Shown here piece after piece: positions 42,933-53,664 of a DNA stretch of 64,000 nt (position 1 is the stretch's first letter; every line of letters starts with the position of its first letter). A program made the translations under genes and the position numbers. A model generated the notes under the pieces. The model was not told the DNA's origin. It was given only the letters and a program-made list of their open reading frames with translations, and searched no databases. The stretch is from Acidimicrobiia bacterium (GTDB lineage: Bacteria > Actinomycetota > Acidimicrobiia > Spongiisociales > UBA5794). Location: the NCBI GenBank assembly GCA_030431785.1, contig JAUIIM010000002.1, forward strand, positions 37,927 through 101,926. The letters run 5' to 3'.

Positions 42933-45900
42933 GTGAGCACGAACAGCACATTTCCACCCGTCGGGTCCGCCGTCGAACTCCCAGCGCTCGACCGCCGCAT
43001 CCTTGCGTTCTGGGACGACATCGACGCATTCAAGACGTCCGTGACCCTCCGCGCCGACGCCCCGGAGTACACGTTCTACGACGGCCCCCCGTTCGCCACC
43101 GGATCACCCCACTACGGGCACATCCTGCAAGGTGTCGTGAAGGACATCGTGCCGCGCTACTGGACGATGCGTGGCTACCGCATCGAACGTCGCTTCGGTT
43201 GGGACACCCACGGCCTTCCGGTCGAGATGGAGGTCGAGAAGCAGCTCGACGTGTCCGGACCGCGAGAGATCGCAGATCTCGGTGTGGACGTGTTCAACGA
43301 AGCATGCCGGGCCATGGTCAATCGGACGACCGAGGATTGGTACGACATCACCGCCCGGATCGGGCGGTGGGTCGATTTTGACGACGACTACAAGACCATG
43401 GACGTGGACTTCATGGAGAGTGTCTGGTGGGTCTTCGGTGAACTCTGGAAACGCGGACTCGTGTACCGCGATTTCAAGGTGCTCCCCTACTCATTCGGGG
43501 CTACGACGCCACTGTCGAACTTCGAAGCGAACATGGACTACCGCGATGTGGACGACCCGGCGATCACCGTCGCCCTTGAAGTCGTCGACGGCACCGGACC
43601 GGTCGAACAGGGCCACAAACTCCTGATCTGGACGACGACCCCTTGGACGCTTCCGGGCAACCTCGCAGTCGCGGTCGGGGAAGAGCTCACGTACGCCCTC
43701 GTCGAACACCCTGAGTGGGACGGTCGGTTCTGGGTCGCCGAGGACCGGGTCGATACCGTCTTCGGGGATGACGCCACCGTCGTCGACACGGCGTCTGGAC
43801 GCGCACTGCTCGGGACCAGCTACGCACCGCCGTTCGACTACTTCCTCGACGAGCGTACGAACGGGGCCTTCGTCGTGATCGCATCCCCCGAAGTGACCGT
43901 GGATGAAGGAACCGGACTCGTCCATATGGCACCGGCCTACGGCGAGGCGGACTTCTCCGCCCTCAAGGCTGCTGGGATCGAAAGTCTCGTGGATCCGATC
44001 GACATGGAGGCTCGCTTCACGGATGCGGTGCCTGAGGTCCAGGGCGAGAACGTGAAGGATGCGGACAAGACACTGATCCGCATGCTCAAAGAACGCGGAA
44101 CGCTGTTCGACCGAGCAACGATCAACCACTCGTATCCGTTCTGTTGGCGCACCGGGACCCCGCTCATCTACAAGGCAATCCCGACGTGGTTCGTCGCCGT
44201 CGAGCAGTTCCGGGACGAGATGGTCGCTGCCAACGAGACGATCCATTGGGTCCCAGAAGCCATCGGTGCAAATCGCTTCGGCAACTGGCTCGAGAACGCC
44301 CGGGACTGGGCGATCAGCCGCAACCGCTACTGGGGCTCGTGTATCCCGGTGTGGGAGTGCGACAGCTGTGGTGAGCAGGTCTGTGTCGCGAGCCGACAGG
44401 AACTGCTCGACCTCTCCGGAGTACTGGTCGACGATCTCCACAAACAGTTCGTGGATGCGGTGACCTGGCCATGCGCAGGCGGTGACGGGACCATGACGCG
44501 GGTACCCGAGGTACTCGACTGCTGGTTCGAGAGCGGTTCGATGCCCTACGCACAGATCCACTACCCGTTCGAGAACAAAGAACGCTTCGAGGAGCGCTTC
44601 CCCGCCGACTTCATCGCGGAAGGGCTCGACCAGACGCGGGGATGGTTCTACACCCTCCTCGTCCTCTCGACCGCGATCAGGGGGACGACACCGTTCGAGA
44701 ACTGCGTCGTGACCGGCATGATCCTCGCCGAGGACGGCCGCAAGATGTCGAAATCCCTCAAGAACTATCCCGATCCCTCCCATGTGATCGATGCGTTCGG
44801 TGCCGATGCGCTGCGTGCCTACCTCATCAACTCCCCTGTGGTCCGAGGTGAGCCGCTCCGCTTCTCCGAGGACGGCGTGCGTGAGGTGGTCCGGACGGTT
44901 CTTCTTCCGCTCTGGAATGCGTACTCGTTCTTCACCACCTACGCATCCGCAGATACGATCACGCCCGCCGACCTCGCTGCTGCGCCTCCCCTCGCTGAGC
45001 GACCAGAGATCGACCGATGGATCGTGTCCGTCCTCCAGTCACTCGTCGAGCAGGTCAACGAGGAGATGGAGTCGTATCACCTGTTCTCCGTCATCCCGCC
45101 GATCATCGGCTTCGTCGAGTACCTCACGAACTGGTACATCCGACGCTCACGGCGGCGGTTCTGGAGTCATCGCACGGACACCGACGACGCCGACAAACTT
45201 GCTGCCTTCGCGACGCTGTACGAGGTGTTGACGACCTTCGCTCGGGTAGCTGCGCCGGTGCTGCCCTTCATCACCGAAGAGCTCTATCAGGGCCTGGTGC
45301 CGCCGGTGGAACCCGATGCGCCGCGTAGCGTCCACCACACCGACTATCCGGAAGCGGATACCGCATCGATCGATCGGGCACTCGAACAGTCGATGGCGAC
45401 CGTGCGAACCGTCGTGACGATGGGTCGGGCGCTCCGCAAACGAGAAGCGCTACGGGTACGCCAACCGTTGCGAACCGTCACGATCGTGACTCGTTCCGAG
45501 GAGGAACGGAACGCCGTGCTCAGCCACGCCGAGTTGGTCGCAGAGGAATTGAACGTCCACGCAGTGGAAGTCCATGCCGACGAAGCCGGACTCGTCGACG
45601 TCACGGCGAAGGCCGATTTCAAGAAGCTCGGGCCACGTCTCGGCCCACGGACCAAGACGGTGGCGACAGCGATCGATGCGCTCGACCATCAGGCCGTGGT
45701 CGAACTGCTCGACGGGGCAACGCTCACGATCGAGGGTGAACCCATCACCGCCGACGATGTCGTCGTCACGCGTATCCCCCGAGCGGGAACCGTGGTCGCA
45801 TCCGAAGGATCGCTCTCGGTCGCTCTGGACTGTGCACTCGATGACGACCTCGTAGCTGAGGGCCTCGCCCGGGAAGTGATCAACCGTATCCAGGGATTGC

Positions 45901-46106
45901 GTCGGGATCTCGAACTCGACGTGACCGACCGTGTCACCGTCGAGTACGCAACCGATTCCACAGCACTCACCGAGGCGATCGAACGCCACATCGATCTGAT
46001 CGCAGGGGAAGTGCTCGCCGACGACGTGACGGCCTCGTCGCTCGGTGGCGATCCGGTCGACCTGGGCGACCATCAGGTGACATTCAGGATCACTCCGACG
46101 GGCTAG
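42933..46106 (+). CDS. ileS: isoleucine--tRNA ligase (long, type-2-like form)
   Basis: HIGH motif PHYGHIL, KMSKSLKN, editing-domain WTTTPWTLPGN. 1057 aa, GTG start. Confidence 0.96.
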   Translation: MSTNSTFPPVGSAVELPALDRRILAFWDDIDAFKTSVTLRADAPEYTFYDGPPFATGSPHYGHILQGVVKDIVPRYWTMRGYRIERRFGWDTHGLPVEMEVEKQLDVSGPREIADLGVDVFNEACRAMVNRTTEDWYDITARIGRWVDFDDDYKTMDVDFMESVWWVFGELWKRGLVYRDFKVLPYSFGATTPLSNFEANMDYRDVDDPAITVALEVVDGTGPVEQGHKLLIWTTTPWTLPGNLAVAVGEELTYALVEHPEWDGRFWVAEDRVDTVFGDDATVVDTASGRALLGTSYAPPFDYFLDERTNGAFVVIASPEVTVDEGTGLVHMAPAYGEADFSALKAAGIESLVDPIDMEARFTDAVPEVQGENVKDADKTLIRMLKERGTLFDRATINHSYPFCWRTGTPLIYKAIPTWFVAVEQFRDEMVAANETIHWVPEAIGANRFGNWLENARDWAISRNRYWGSCIPVWECDSCGEQVCVASRQELLDLSGVLVDDLHKQFVDAVTWPCAGGDGTMTRVPEVLDCWFESGSMPYAQIHYPFENKERFEERFPADFIAEGLDQTRGWFYTLLVLSTAIRGTTPFENCVVTGMILAEDGRKMSKSLKNYPDPSHVIDAFGADALRAYLINSPVVRGEPLRFSEDGVREVVRTVLLPLWNAYSFFTTYASADTITPADLAAAPPLAERPEIDRWIVSVLQSLVEQVNEEMESYHLFSVIPPIIGFVEYLTNWYIRRSRRRFWSHRTDTDDADKLAAFATLYEVLTTFARVAAPVLPFITEELYQGLVPPVEPDAPRSVHHTDYPEADTASIDRALEQSMATVRTVVTMGRALRKREALRVRQPLRTVTIVTRSEEERNAVLSHAELVAEELNVHAVEVHADEAGLVDVTAKADFKKLGPRLGPRTKTVATAIDALDHQAVVELLDGATLTIEGEPITADDVVVTRIPRAGTVVASEGSLSVALDCALDDDLVAEGLAREVINRIQGLRRDLELDVTDRVTVEYATDSTALTEAIERHIDLIAGEVLADDVTASSLGGDPVDLGDHQVTFRITPTG

Positions 46107-46130
46107 CGGTCTGCGCCTAGACGACGTCGA

Positions 46131-46403
46131 CTAGAAGAACCAATCCAAGACGACCGGCACGAGTTGGATCCCGATGATCAGGATGATCGGTGAGAGATCG
46201 AGTGCGGCACCGCCGACCCGAACCGGTGGCACGACGGCTCTTATAGGGCGAAGCATCGGCTCGACGAGGCGGTTGAGGAACTCGTACACCTTCCGGATCG
46301 GGTGGTCGAACGGCATCCGCCCGAAGACGACGATCCAGCCGAGCACGATCCAGACGATCAGACCGAGGGTGATCAGCCTGACGATGCCGTAGACGACATC
46401 CAC
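46131..46403 (-). CDS. YggT family membrane protein
   Basis: LNRLVEPMLRPIRAVVPPVRVGGAALDLSPIILIIG is the YggT pattern. The track ORF starts at TTG 46430 inside sepF. The GTG at 46403, 1 nt after the sepF stop, is preferred. Confidence 0.8.
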   Translation of the reverse strand: MDVVYGIVRLITLGLIVWIVLGWIVVFGRMPFDHPIRKVYEFLNRLVEPMLRPIRAVVPPVRVGGAALDLSPIILIIGIQLVPVVLDWFF

Positions 46404-46404
46404 G

Positions 46405-47043
46405 CTAGTGATCGTCCCCGAAGAGCCCAAGGCGAGCGAGACGCTCCTGCTCGTTGAGTCCGAGCGAGACTCCGGTCGGTGTGACGAGGATCACGCCCTG
46501 TGCGGTCTTGGACATCTTGCCGTCCAATGCGTACGTCAAGCCGGACGCAAAGTCGACGATGCGACGCACCATCTCTGGCTCCGTGGAGCGGAGATCGAGC
46601 ACGACACTCCGACCGGCCCGAATCGAGTCGGCCAGACTCTGTGCGTCTGAGAAGTTGCGCGCCACGATGATTTGGGACTCAGGCTCTGAGCGGTGGGCTG
46701 CGGTGGATCGTTCTGCGTGCTCGTTCGTCGGATGGACGTACAAGCCGGCCTCGGCATGCGTCGGATCGGACGAGACGGGCCGGCGGGTCGCTGCGGGTGG
46801 CTCCACGCGTCGTCCGGCGAGTTGCCCCGGGGGACGTACGGAGCTGGTCGGAGAAGCGGGAGGGACGACCTGCCGAGGCGCATCGCCCGGGTACGGCGCA
46901 CTGGGTGGTGGGGGTGTCGGTCGCTGTGGTGCCGGTTCGATCGGCCGAACTTCACCGACCGTCGGCTCGACGTAGTCGGGACCCTGTTCCTCTTCATCGA
47001 CGAGACCGAGATAGAAAAGGGTCTTGTTCCAAAGTGACGCCAT
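46405..47043 (-). CDS. sepF: cell division protein SepF
   Basis: N-terminal MASLWNKTLFYLGLVD (membrane-targeting helix), a Pro-rich linker, and a C-terminal core IIVARNFSDAQSLADSIRAGRSVVLDL. Confidence 0.9.
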   Translation of the reverse strand: MASLWNKTLFYLGLVDEEEQGPDYVEPTVGEVRPIEPAPQRPTPPPPSAPYPGDAPRQVVPPASPTSSVRPPGQLAGRRVEPPAATRRPVSSDPTHAEAGLYVHPTNEHAERSTAAHRSEPESQIIVARNFSDAQSLADSIRAGRSVVLDLRSTEPEMVRRIVDFASGLTYALDGKMSKTAQGVILVTPTGVSLGLNEQERLARLGLFGDDH

Positions 47044-47144
47044 GGTGCCTTCTTGGTCTCCGTTGCTTCCGTGCGTTCAGGGAAAGATAGCCGTTCCCAT
47101 CGGGTTTGCGTGGTTTGGGCGACCTCGGGACAGCGACGACCGAC

Positions 47145-47801
47145 CTAGCGCTCCACGGGCCCGAAGATGGCGGTGCCGACACGGACCATCGTCGATCCCT
47201 CTTCGATGGCCACTTCGTAGTCGTTCGACATCCCCATCGAACACACCGTCATTGACGGATGGTCGCCTCGGAGCGCATCGAACACCCGACGTAGGGTAAC
47301 GAAATAGGGGCGGGCTTGCTCGGGGTCGTCGACCATCGGAGGGATCGCCATCACCCCCGCCACCTCGACTCCGGCACCGATGACCTCGTCGGCGAGGCGA
47401 GGCGCCTGGTCCACCGCGAATCCGCCCTTCTGCGGCTCGTCACCGACGTTGAACTGGAGGAGCGCCTGAGGGCCACGGTCGGGCCATCTCGTGAGTAGTT
47501 CGAGACGATCGAAGGAGTGCACCATGGAGGCGTGCTCGGTCACGCTCCGGACCTTGCGACGCTGGAGCGGTCCGATGAAGTGCCATTCGATGTCGTCGGG
47601 TAGCCCGGCCTCCATCCGAGCCGCCAAGCCTTGCTGTCGGTTCTCGCCGAAGACACGCTGGCCGAGTGTGTAGGCAACGCGTACGGCATCATCGGGTCGA
47701 CCCTTGGAGACCGCCACGAGGGTCACGGCGCCGGGGTCCCTCGCGCTCCTCGATGTCGCCGCCGCGACTCGTTCACGTACCTCTTCGAGCCCTAGATCCA
47801 T
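47145..47801 (-). CDS. YggS-family pyridoxal phosphate homeostasis protein
   Basis: TLVAVSKGRP (PLP lysine), FGENRQQ, WHFIGPLQRRK, SMGMSNDYEVAIEEGSTMVRVGTAIFG. The ATG at 47801 is preferred over the track start at 47864. Confidence 0.88.
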   Translation of the reverse strand: MDLGLEEVRERVAAATSRSARDPGAVTLVAVSKGRPDDAVRVAYTLGQRVFGENRQQGLAARMEAGLPDDIEWHFIGPLQRRKVRSVTEHASMVHSFDRLELLTRWPDRGPQALLQFNVGDEPQKGGFAVDQAPRLADEVIGAGVEVAGVMAIPPMVDDPEQARPYFVTLRRVFDALRGDHPSMTVCSMGMSNDYEVAIEEGSTMVRVGTAIFGPVER

Positions 47802-48406
47802 ACGATGCTCACTTGCCGCTCCGGCGTCGCATCTCTGCGATACGACGCAAAACGGTCGTCGCACATCGTGCAGATCTCAAGATCGATGAACTCGGTGGCG
47901 GCGGGGACCTGGCTGCGGATCGCACGTGCGAGGTCGACGCTGGAACGCCCCTCGGTGGTCGTCGAACCGAAGCCCCCACACGCTTCGATCACCTCCTGGC
48001 CGACTTCGTAGCAACACCGACGGATGTGCGGACCGAGGACAACGGTCCGGGGCTCGTCGGGGAGGCTGCTGACCGTCGAACGAACGACGCCGTTTGCGAC
48101 GCCTCTCCAGCCGGCGTGTGCGATCCCACGCGATGTGGCGCTGATGACCGCCACCGGAACACAATCGGCGGTGCCGATCGCAAGGGGAAGTCCGTCGGTT
48201 GCGGTCATCAGCCCATCGGCCTCTCCATGGTTGCCCGGCGCATCGACCTTCAGGACGACGTTTCCGTGTACCTGATCGACGATCGCCCATTCCGAATCGA
48301 TGTCGAGGGACTCGGCAATGCGACGGCGTGCGTCTGCGGAACTCCGACCGTCGCCGTCGAGGAGCTCACCGAACGCCACGCCGGGGATCCCCGGCAGCAG
48401 GATCAT
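47792..48406 (-). CDS. pgeF: YfiH/PgeF-family laccase-domain (peptidoglycan editing) protein
   Basis: [23 protein letters not shown], and C-terminal CTMC. Start overlaps the ftsZ stop (ATGA). Confidence 0.85.
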   Translation of the reverse strand: MILLPGIPGVAFGELLDGDGRSSADARRRIAESLDIDSEWAIVDQVHGNVVLKVDAPGNHGEADGLMTATDGLPLAIGTADCVPVAVISATSRGIAHAGWRGVANGVVRSTVSSLPDEPRTVVLGPHIRRCCYEVGQEVIEACGGFGSTTTEGRSSVDLARAIRSQVPAATEFIDLEICTMCDDRFASYRRDATPERQVSIVWI

Positions 48407-49491
48407 CCCTGGACGAAGCCGGGGATGTCCATCGTGTCGTCGGAGTCGCCACCTTCGCCGTCCTCGCCGTCGAGGATGGAAGGCTTCGAAATCCTGCCCG
48501 AGGCCACTCCCTGCGTCGGCGACGTGTATCCGCCGCGGCGGTCACGGTCGAACCCGGCCGCGATGACGGTGACACGCATCTCGTCGCCGAGTGTCTCGTC
48601 GATGACCGAACCGAAGATGATGTTCGCATCTGCGTCCGAGTGATCGGAGATGAGCGTTGCCGCGGTGTTGACTTCCTGGAGGGACATGTCCCTGGGCCCG
48701 GCGATCGAGAGGAGTACACCACGTGCACCCTCCATCGATGTTTCGAGCAACGGACTCGAGATGGCCTTTTCGGCTGCCTGCTGAGCACGGCTATCGCCCG
48801 TCGAAGTACCGATACCCATCACGGCGGATCCGGCATCGGACATCACGGTCTTCACATCGGCGAAGTCGACGTTGATGAGACCCGGTGTCGTGATCAGTTC
48901 CGTGATCCCTCGTACGCCGGAAGTCAGGACCTCGTCGGCCATGCGGAACGCATCGGTGACGGGCGTTGACTCGTCGGCAATCTCAAGGAGACGCTCGTTC
49001 GGGATGATGATCAACGTATCGACGGCTGCCTTCAGTGCTTGGATGCCTTGTTCGGCCTGCACCGACCGACGCCGTCCCTCGAAGCCGAACGGCCTCGTCA
49101 CGACGCCAACGGTGAGTGCCTCGAGACTGCGGGCGACCTCGGCGACGACGGGAGCGGCACCGGTGCCGGTTCCTCCGCCTTCACCAGCGGTGATGAACAC
49201 CATGTCTGCGCCTTCGAGCGCCTGCTCGATCTCTTCGCGGTGGTCCTCGGCTGCTTCACGCCCGACTTCCGGGTTCGCACCCGCACCAAGTCCTCGTGTT
49301 GCTTCGCGACCGATATCGAGCTTGAGGTCGGCATCAGACATGAGCAACGCCTGTGCATCCGTGTTCACCGCGATGAACTCGACGCCTCCGACGCCTGATT
49401 CGATCATTCGGTTGACCGCGTTGACGCCGCCACCACCGACTCCGACGACCTTGATCACTGCAAGGTACGTGCTCGGGGTCCTGTTCTCCAT
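48403..49491 (-). CDS. ftsZ: cell division GTPase FtsZ
   Basis: [27 protein letters not shown]7 loop [29 protein letters not shown] precedes the ATG at 49491. Confidence 0.95.
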   Translation of the reverse strand: MENRTPSTYLAVIKVVGVGGGGVNAVNRMIESGVGGVEFIAVNTDAQALLMSDADLKLDIGREATRGLGAGANPEVGREAAEDHREEIEQALEGADMVFITAGEGGGTGTGAAPVVAEVARSLEALTVGVVTRPFGFEGRRRSVQAEQGIQALKAAVDTLIIIPNERLLEIADESTPVTDAFRMADEVLTSGVRGITELITTPGLINVDFADVKTVMSDAGSAVMGIGTSTGDSRAQQAAEKAISSPLLETSMEGARGVLLSIAGPRDMSLQEVNTAATLISDHSDADANIIFGSVIDETLGDEMRVTVIAAGFDRDRRGGYTSPTQGVASGRISKPSILDGEDGEGGDSDDTMDIPGFVQG

Positions 49492-49553
49492 CTGCAAACC
49501 TCCCGGGGAAGTATCGCTCAACCTTAGCGCCGTAGTCGAGGTTGACAACGGCC

Positions 49554-50321
49554 TTATTCTTCAGCCTCAACTTCAGGTTGAGGGTTGCTCACTGCAGGAC
49601 GCAGCGGTGCCACGACATTGATGACCGCACCGGGAGTGAGCCCGGTGTCGAGTAGCGTCGCGACGACGACTGCTTTGTCCTCCAACTCTGTCGGTCGACC
49701 GAGGATCACTCGATACCCGTCGACCGTCGCCACGAGTCCCCCGTCCTCCTCGGCGATCGATACCCCTGCTTCGAGGTCATCGCGTAACGCATCTGCGAAC
49801 TCGATCGCACCGAGGATCAGCGGGTTCACGATCTCATAGCCGGGTCGCACCGGCCCCGTGTCGATCATGATCCGTGCGGCATCGACCACCGGACCGTCAC
49901 CCGGCACCACGGACCCGTCGAGAGCTACCTGGACCCATCCGTCGCCGGAACGAACCGACGCCATCGGGACATGCTCGGTGACATCGATCGCCAAGCCACC
50001 CGGCCATGAACGGCGAACCTCGACACTGGCGACCCACGGGTCTTCGAGGATCGCAGCCTCGATCGCATCCCTTGCGACATCCATCGTGGGCGTACCGACA
50101 CCCATGCCGAGGGACGCCACGGCCGCCAGCGGATCCGACTGCTGGGCACCCTGCACGTCCACCGATTTGATCGAGAGCAACGGACTCCGGACGAGCCATA
50201 CGGCACCCACCACGACGAGCACGATCCCGATCGTGATGAGGACACCTTTGAGACGCCCGCGGGCGCGGTCCTCCTGGACACCCTTTCGGCGTTCTGCCAG
50301 TTTTGGTTCGATGGCGGTCAT
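49554..50321 (-). CDS. ftsQ: cell division protein FtsQ (POTRA domain)
   Basis: Single TM ([18 protein letters not shown]), a POTRA-like [10 protein letters not shown], and its position between murB and ftsZ. Confidence 0.8.
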   Translation of the reverse strand: MTAIEPKLAERRKGVQEDRARGRLKGVLITIGIVLVVVGAVWLVRSPLLSIKSVDVQGAQQSDPLAAVASLGMGVGTPTMDVARDAIEAAILEDPWVASVEVRRSWPGGLAIDVTEHVPMASVRSGDGWVQVALDGSVVPGDGPVVDAARIMIDTGPVRPGYEIVNPLILGAIEFADALRDDLEAGVSIAEEDGGLVATVDGYRVILGRPTELEDKAVVVATLLDTGLTPGAVINVVAPLRPAVSNPQPEVEAEE

Positions 50322-51229
50322 GTCGTCGATCCGTCGTCGTCGCTGAAGTCGCCGATGAATCGGATCTCGGGTTCGAGCATGATGCCCGTCTCCTCGGCGA
50401 CGTGTTGTTGGATGGTACGAACGAAGGCATGGATGTCGGTGGCTTTCGCTCCCCGCTCAGCGGTCAGGAAGTTGGCGTGGAGGGGCGAGACCGTCACCGG
50501 TCCCACGGACGTGCCCTTGAGCCCGAGACGATCGATGATGGACCCGGCAGCCTCGTCCGCCGGATTCTTGAATACGGATCCCGCGTTGAATGTCCCGCCC
50601 GGCTGGTGTTCCTTGCGCCAGCGGGTGATCTCACGGAGCTCGGCTTCGAGGTCCTCGGGCTCGGCGCTTCCGGTGCGGAACCGTCCCTGGACGACGAGGT
50701 CGTCGTCCGTCAAGTTGGAGTGTCGATACGAGAGGTCGAGTGCCGATGCGCTTCGGCGCGTCATCTCCCCCGACCTGAGGTCGAGGATGGTCGCTTCGAT
50801 GAGGACCTCACTGGTCTGGGAACCATGCCCGCCGGCGTTCATGCGGACGGCACCTCCGACAGATCCGGGGATACCGACGTAGAACCCGAGCCCGGAACGA
50901 CCGTGTTGGGCTGCGAATCGAGCCAGGACGGGCAAAGGAGCCGCGCCGCCGGCGACGATGAGATCGGCACCGACGATATCCACGGCAGTGAAAGCGCCGG
51001 CCATACGTATCACCAGACCGGCGACACCGGCATCGGAGATCACGACGTTGCTCCCGCGTCCGAGCACGGTGATCGACATACCACGCGGTGTGGAAGCCAG
51101 GACTGACCGCAACTCTTCGAGGTCCGTCGGCTCGACGAAGAACTCCGCGGGACCTCCGACCTTGTAGGTGGTCATCGGTCCAAGCGCCACATTGCTCCGG
51201 ACCGCAGGGTGATCGATCGCGCCGGTCAT
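50318..51229 (-). CDS. murB: UDP-N-acetylenolpyruvoylglucosamine reductase
   Basis: TTYKVGGPAEFF, LGRGSNVV, GIPGSVGGAVRMNAGGHG, AGSVFKNP. Confidence 0.92.
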   Translation of the reverse strand: MTGAIDHPAVRSNVALGPMTTYKVGGPAEFFVEPTDLEELRSVLASTPRGMSITVLGRGSNVVISDAGVAGLVIRMAGAFTAVDIVGADLIVAGGAAPLPVLARFAAQHGRSGLGFYVGIPGSVGGAVRMNAGGHGSQTSEVLIEATILDLRSGEMTRRSASALDLSYRHSNLTDDDLVVQGRFRTGSAEPEDLEAELREITRWRKEHQPGGTFNAGSVFKNPADEAAGSIIDRLGLKGTSVGPVTVSPLHANFLTAERGAKATDIHAFVRTIQQHVAEETGIMLEPEIRFIGDFSDDDGSTT

Positions 51230-52590
51230 GGCGAACTCAGCTCACCGACCAGATCCGGGACGATCGCGTTGACATCGCCGGCGCCCATCAGCACGATGAC
51301 GGATCCTTCGGTGGCAAGTGCGAGAACACGATCGGGAAGGTCGGCGACCCTCGGCACATATGAGGCGACGCCGCCAGCGGCCTCCACCGCTTCGACCACG
51401 ATTCGACCCGAGACACCGATGATCGGGGGCTCACCTGCGGAATACACATCGGTCACGAAGACGTGATCGGCCAGGGCAAGCGGCTCCCCGAACAACGGAG
51501 CGAGGTCGGCCGTGCGCGTGTAGCGATGCGGCTGGAACACAGCGATGACCGACCCACTGCTCCCCTCGCGCGCCGCACCGAGTGTCGCCCCGACCTCGGT
51601 CGGATGGTGGGCGTAGTCGTCGACGATCGTCACGCCATTCACACTGCCGGCGATCTCGTACCGTCGGCGGACCCCGGCGAAGCCAGAGAGTGCTTCGGCG
51701 ATCGCCTCTGGGTCCTCTCCCAGGGCAGCGGCGAGCGCGATCACCCCGGCCGCATTGGACGCCAGATGGCGACCCGGCTTGGGGAGATCGACCGGGTACG
51801 TTCCGTTGGGACCGTTGAGTTCGAAGACGGCTCGCCCCTCGCGATGCTCGAACTCGCGGATGCTCCAGTCGGCATTCGTATCGAACCCGTAGCTGGTGAC
51901 CTCGATCCGCTGTGCGAGGCGACGGACTCCAGCGTCATCGATACAGGCGACTCGCGGTCCGTCCACACGACCCACCACCTGCGCAAAGGCATCTTCGAGA
52001 CCGGCGAGCGTGCCGTAGTGATCGAGGTGGTCAGCCTCGATATTGGTGACGAGCACGGCATCGAGATCCAGATGCCGGAAGGTCCCGAACGCTTCATCCG
52101 CCTCGAGTACGAACCGGTGGTCCGAACCAACATGGGAACCGGTGTTGGGTCCGATCATCGTTCCGCCGACGAGGAACGTCGGATCTCCCCCGGTACCCAA
52201 CAGTGCCGTGACGAGCAACGCACTCGACGTCGTCTTGCCGTGCGTGCCGGCGAGCCCGATCGTCGGGACTTCCTTGGTCATCGCGGCGAGGAGCGTCGGA
52301 CGCCGCCATGTCATGGCACCGGCGTCGACCGCCGCACGCCACTCCGGGTCCGTCTCGGGGACCGCCGACGAGGCGACCACGAGGTCGACGTCGGGGATCC
52401 GCTCGACACGGTGCCCTACCCAGGTCTCGACACCCACCTCGGCGAGACCATCGAGCATGCGCCCCGGCTTGAGATCAGAGCCTGTCACGGCGTGACCCTG
52501 CTGGGACAGCAGCTTCGCCAGCCCGGACATCCCTGCTCCGCCTGCGCCGATGATGTGGATGCGATGTGGGATGGAATCATGCGCGTTCAT
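51226..52590 (-). CDS. murC: UDP-N-acetylmuramate--L-alanine ligase
   Basis: IHIIGAGGAGMSGLA, GLAGTHGKTTSS, DDYAHHPTE. Confidence 0.95.
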   Translation of the reverse strand: MNAHDSIPHRIHIIGAGGAGMSGLAKLLSQQGHAVTGSDLKPGRMLDGLAEVGVETWVGHRVERIPDVDLVVASSAVPETDPEWRAAVDAGAMTWRRPTLLAAMTKEVPTIGLAGTHGKTTSSALLVTALLGTGGDPTFLVGGTMIGPNTGSHVGSDHRFVLEADEAFGTFRHLDLDAVLVTNIEADHLDHYGTLAGLEDAFAQVVGRVDGPRVACIDDAGVRRLAQRIEVTSYGFDTNADWSIREFEHREGRAVFELNGPNGTYPVDLPKPGRHLASNAAGVIALAAALGEDPEAIAEALSGFAGVRRRYEIAGSVNGVTIVDDYAHHPTEVGATLGAAREGSSGSVIAVFQPHRYTRTADLAPLFGEPLALADHVFVTDVYSAGEPPIIGVSGRIVVEAVEAAGGVASYVPRVADLPDRVLALATEGSVIVLMGAGDVNAIVPDLVGELSSP

Positions 52591-53662
52591 CGATCAACTC
52601 CAGTACTCGATTGGCGACCGTGTCCGCCGCGGTTCGGTGGACGGATGGCCGGAACGACGCCATCATCAACCCTCTCGCCTCTGCGTCATGCATCAACCGG
52701 TTGACGGTGTCGACGATTCGGTCGGTCTGCTCCTGCTCGATGACCTCGACGGCACCTGCGTCTTCGAGACCCCCGGCGTTGCGCGCCTGATACCCACGCC
52801 CTGCCGGGAGCGGAACGACGACCGCAGGCGTCGCTGTGGCATCGATCTCGGCAATCGTCATGGCTCCCGACCGCGACAGGACGAGGTCCGCAGCGGCATA
52901 CACATCGACCATGTCCTCCTCGAACGGGACGATGACCCAGTCGGCGACCCCGTCACTCGCATCGGCGAGGGACTCGGCGTGCGCTTGGCCACAGAGATGG
53001 AGAAGTGTGAACCGTCGATCCGGGTCACGACCGAGCCGCTCTCCGATCTCGTTGAGCGCTGCCGCACCAAGGCTGCCGCCGATGATGGCGAGCACCTCTG
53101 CGTCAGGGGCGATCCCGTACTTCTCCCTCGCGGGCATGCGCAGCGCCGCGCGGTCGAAGTCGGTGAACGATCGGCGCAACGGGTTCCCGACCACCTCCCC
53201 ACGGCGCAGACGTTCGGTGGACTGCTCGAAGGCGACCAACACGGAATCCGCACGACCGGCGATCATCCGATTCGCAAGACCGGGCACTGCGTTCGCCTCA
53301 TGGAGGACGAGTGGGATCGACATCTTCCTTGCCGCAAGCGCAGCCGGACCCGAGACGTATCCACCGAAGACGACCATGGCCTCGACGCCCGCCTCTTCGA
53401 TTTCTGCGGCGATGGACCGTTGTGCCGACCTCACCTTGGCCGGAAGACGGACGTTGTCCATGGAGAGTGATCGACGGATGCCATGGATGTTGACCGACAC
53501 GAGGCGGTACCCGGCATCGGGGATCACCGTCTTCTCCATGCGGTCACCCCCGAAGAAGACGATGGACGACCGATCGATGCCAGCGTCGACGAATGCGTCG
53601 GCGACGGCAATCGCCGGATAGATGTGTCCCCCTGAGCCCGCTGCCGCGATTCCGATCCCCAT
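52577..53662 (-). CDS. murG: undecaprenyldiphospho-muramoylpentapeptide beta-N-acetylglucosaminyltransferase
   Basis: MGIGIAAAGSGGHIYPAIAVA, GGSLGA, SRSGAMTIAE. The track ORF start at 53854 lies inside ftsW, so the ATG at 53662 is preferred. Confidence 0.92.
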   Translation of the reverse strand: MGIGIAAAGSGGHIYPAIAVADAFVDAGIDRSSIVFFGGDRMEKTVIPDAGYRLVSVNIHGIRRSLSMDNVRLPAKVRSAQRSIAAEIEEAGVEAMVVFGGYVSGPAALAARKMSIPLVLHEANAVPGLANRMIAGRADSVLVAFEQSTERLRRGEVVGNPLRRSFTDFDRAALRMPAREKYGIAPDAEVLAIIGGSLGAAALNEIGERLGRDPDRRFTLLHLCGQAHAESLADASDGVADWVIVPFEEDMVDVYAAADLVLSRSGAMTIAEIDATATPAVVVPLPAGRGYQARNAGGLEDAGAVEVIEQEQTDRIVDTVNRLMHDAEARGLMMASFRPSVHRTAADTVANRVLELIDERA

Positions 53663-53664
53663 GC

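Noticed and set aside
43491-46073. Minus-strand ORFs 43491..44783 (430 aa) and 45450..46073 (207 aa) inside ileS
   Set aside because: They are antisense to a 1057-aa ileS with HIGH and KMSKS motifs, and they show no motifs of their own.
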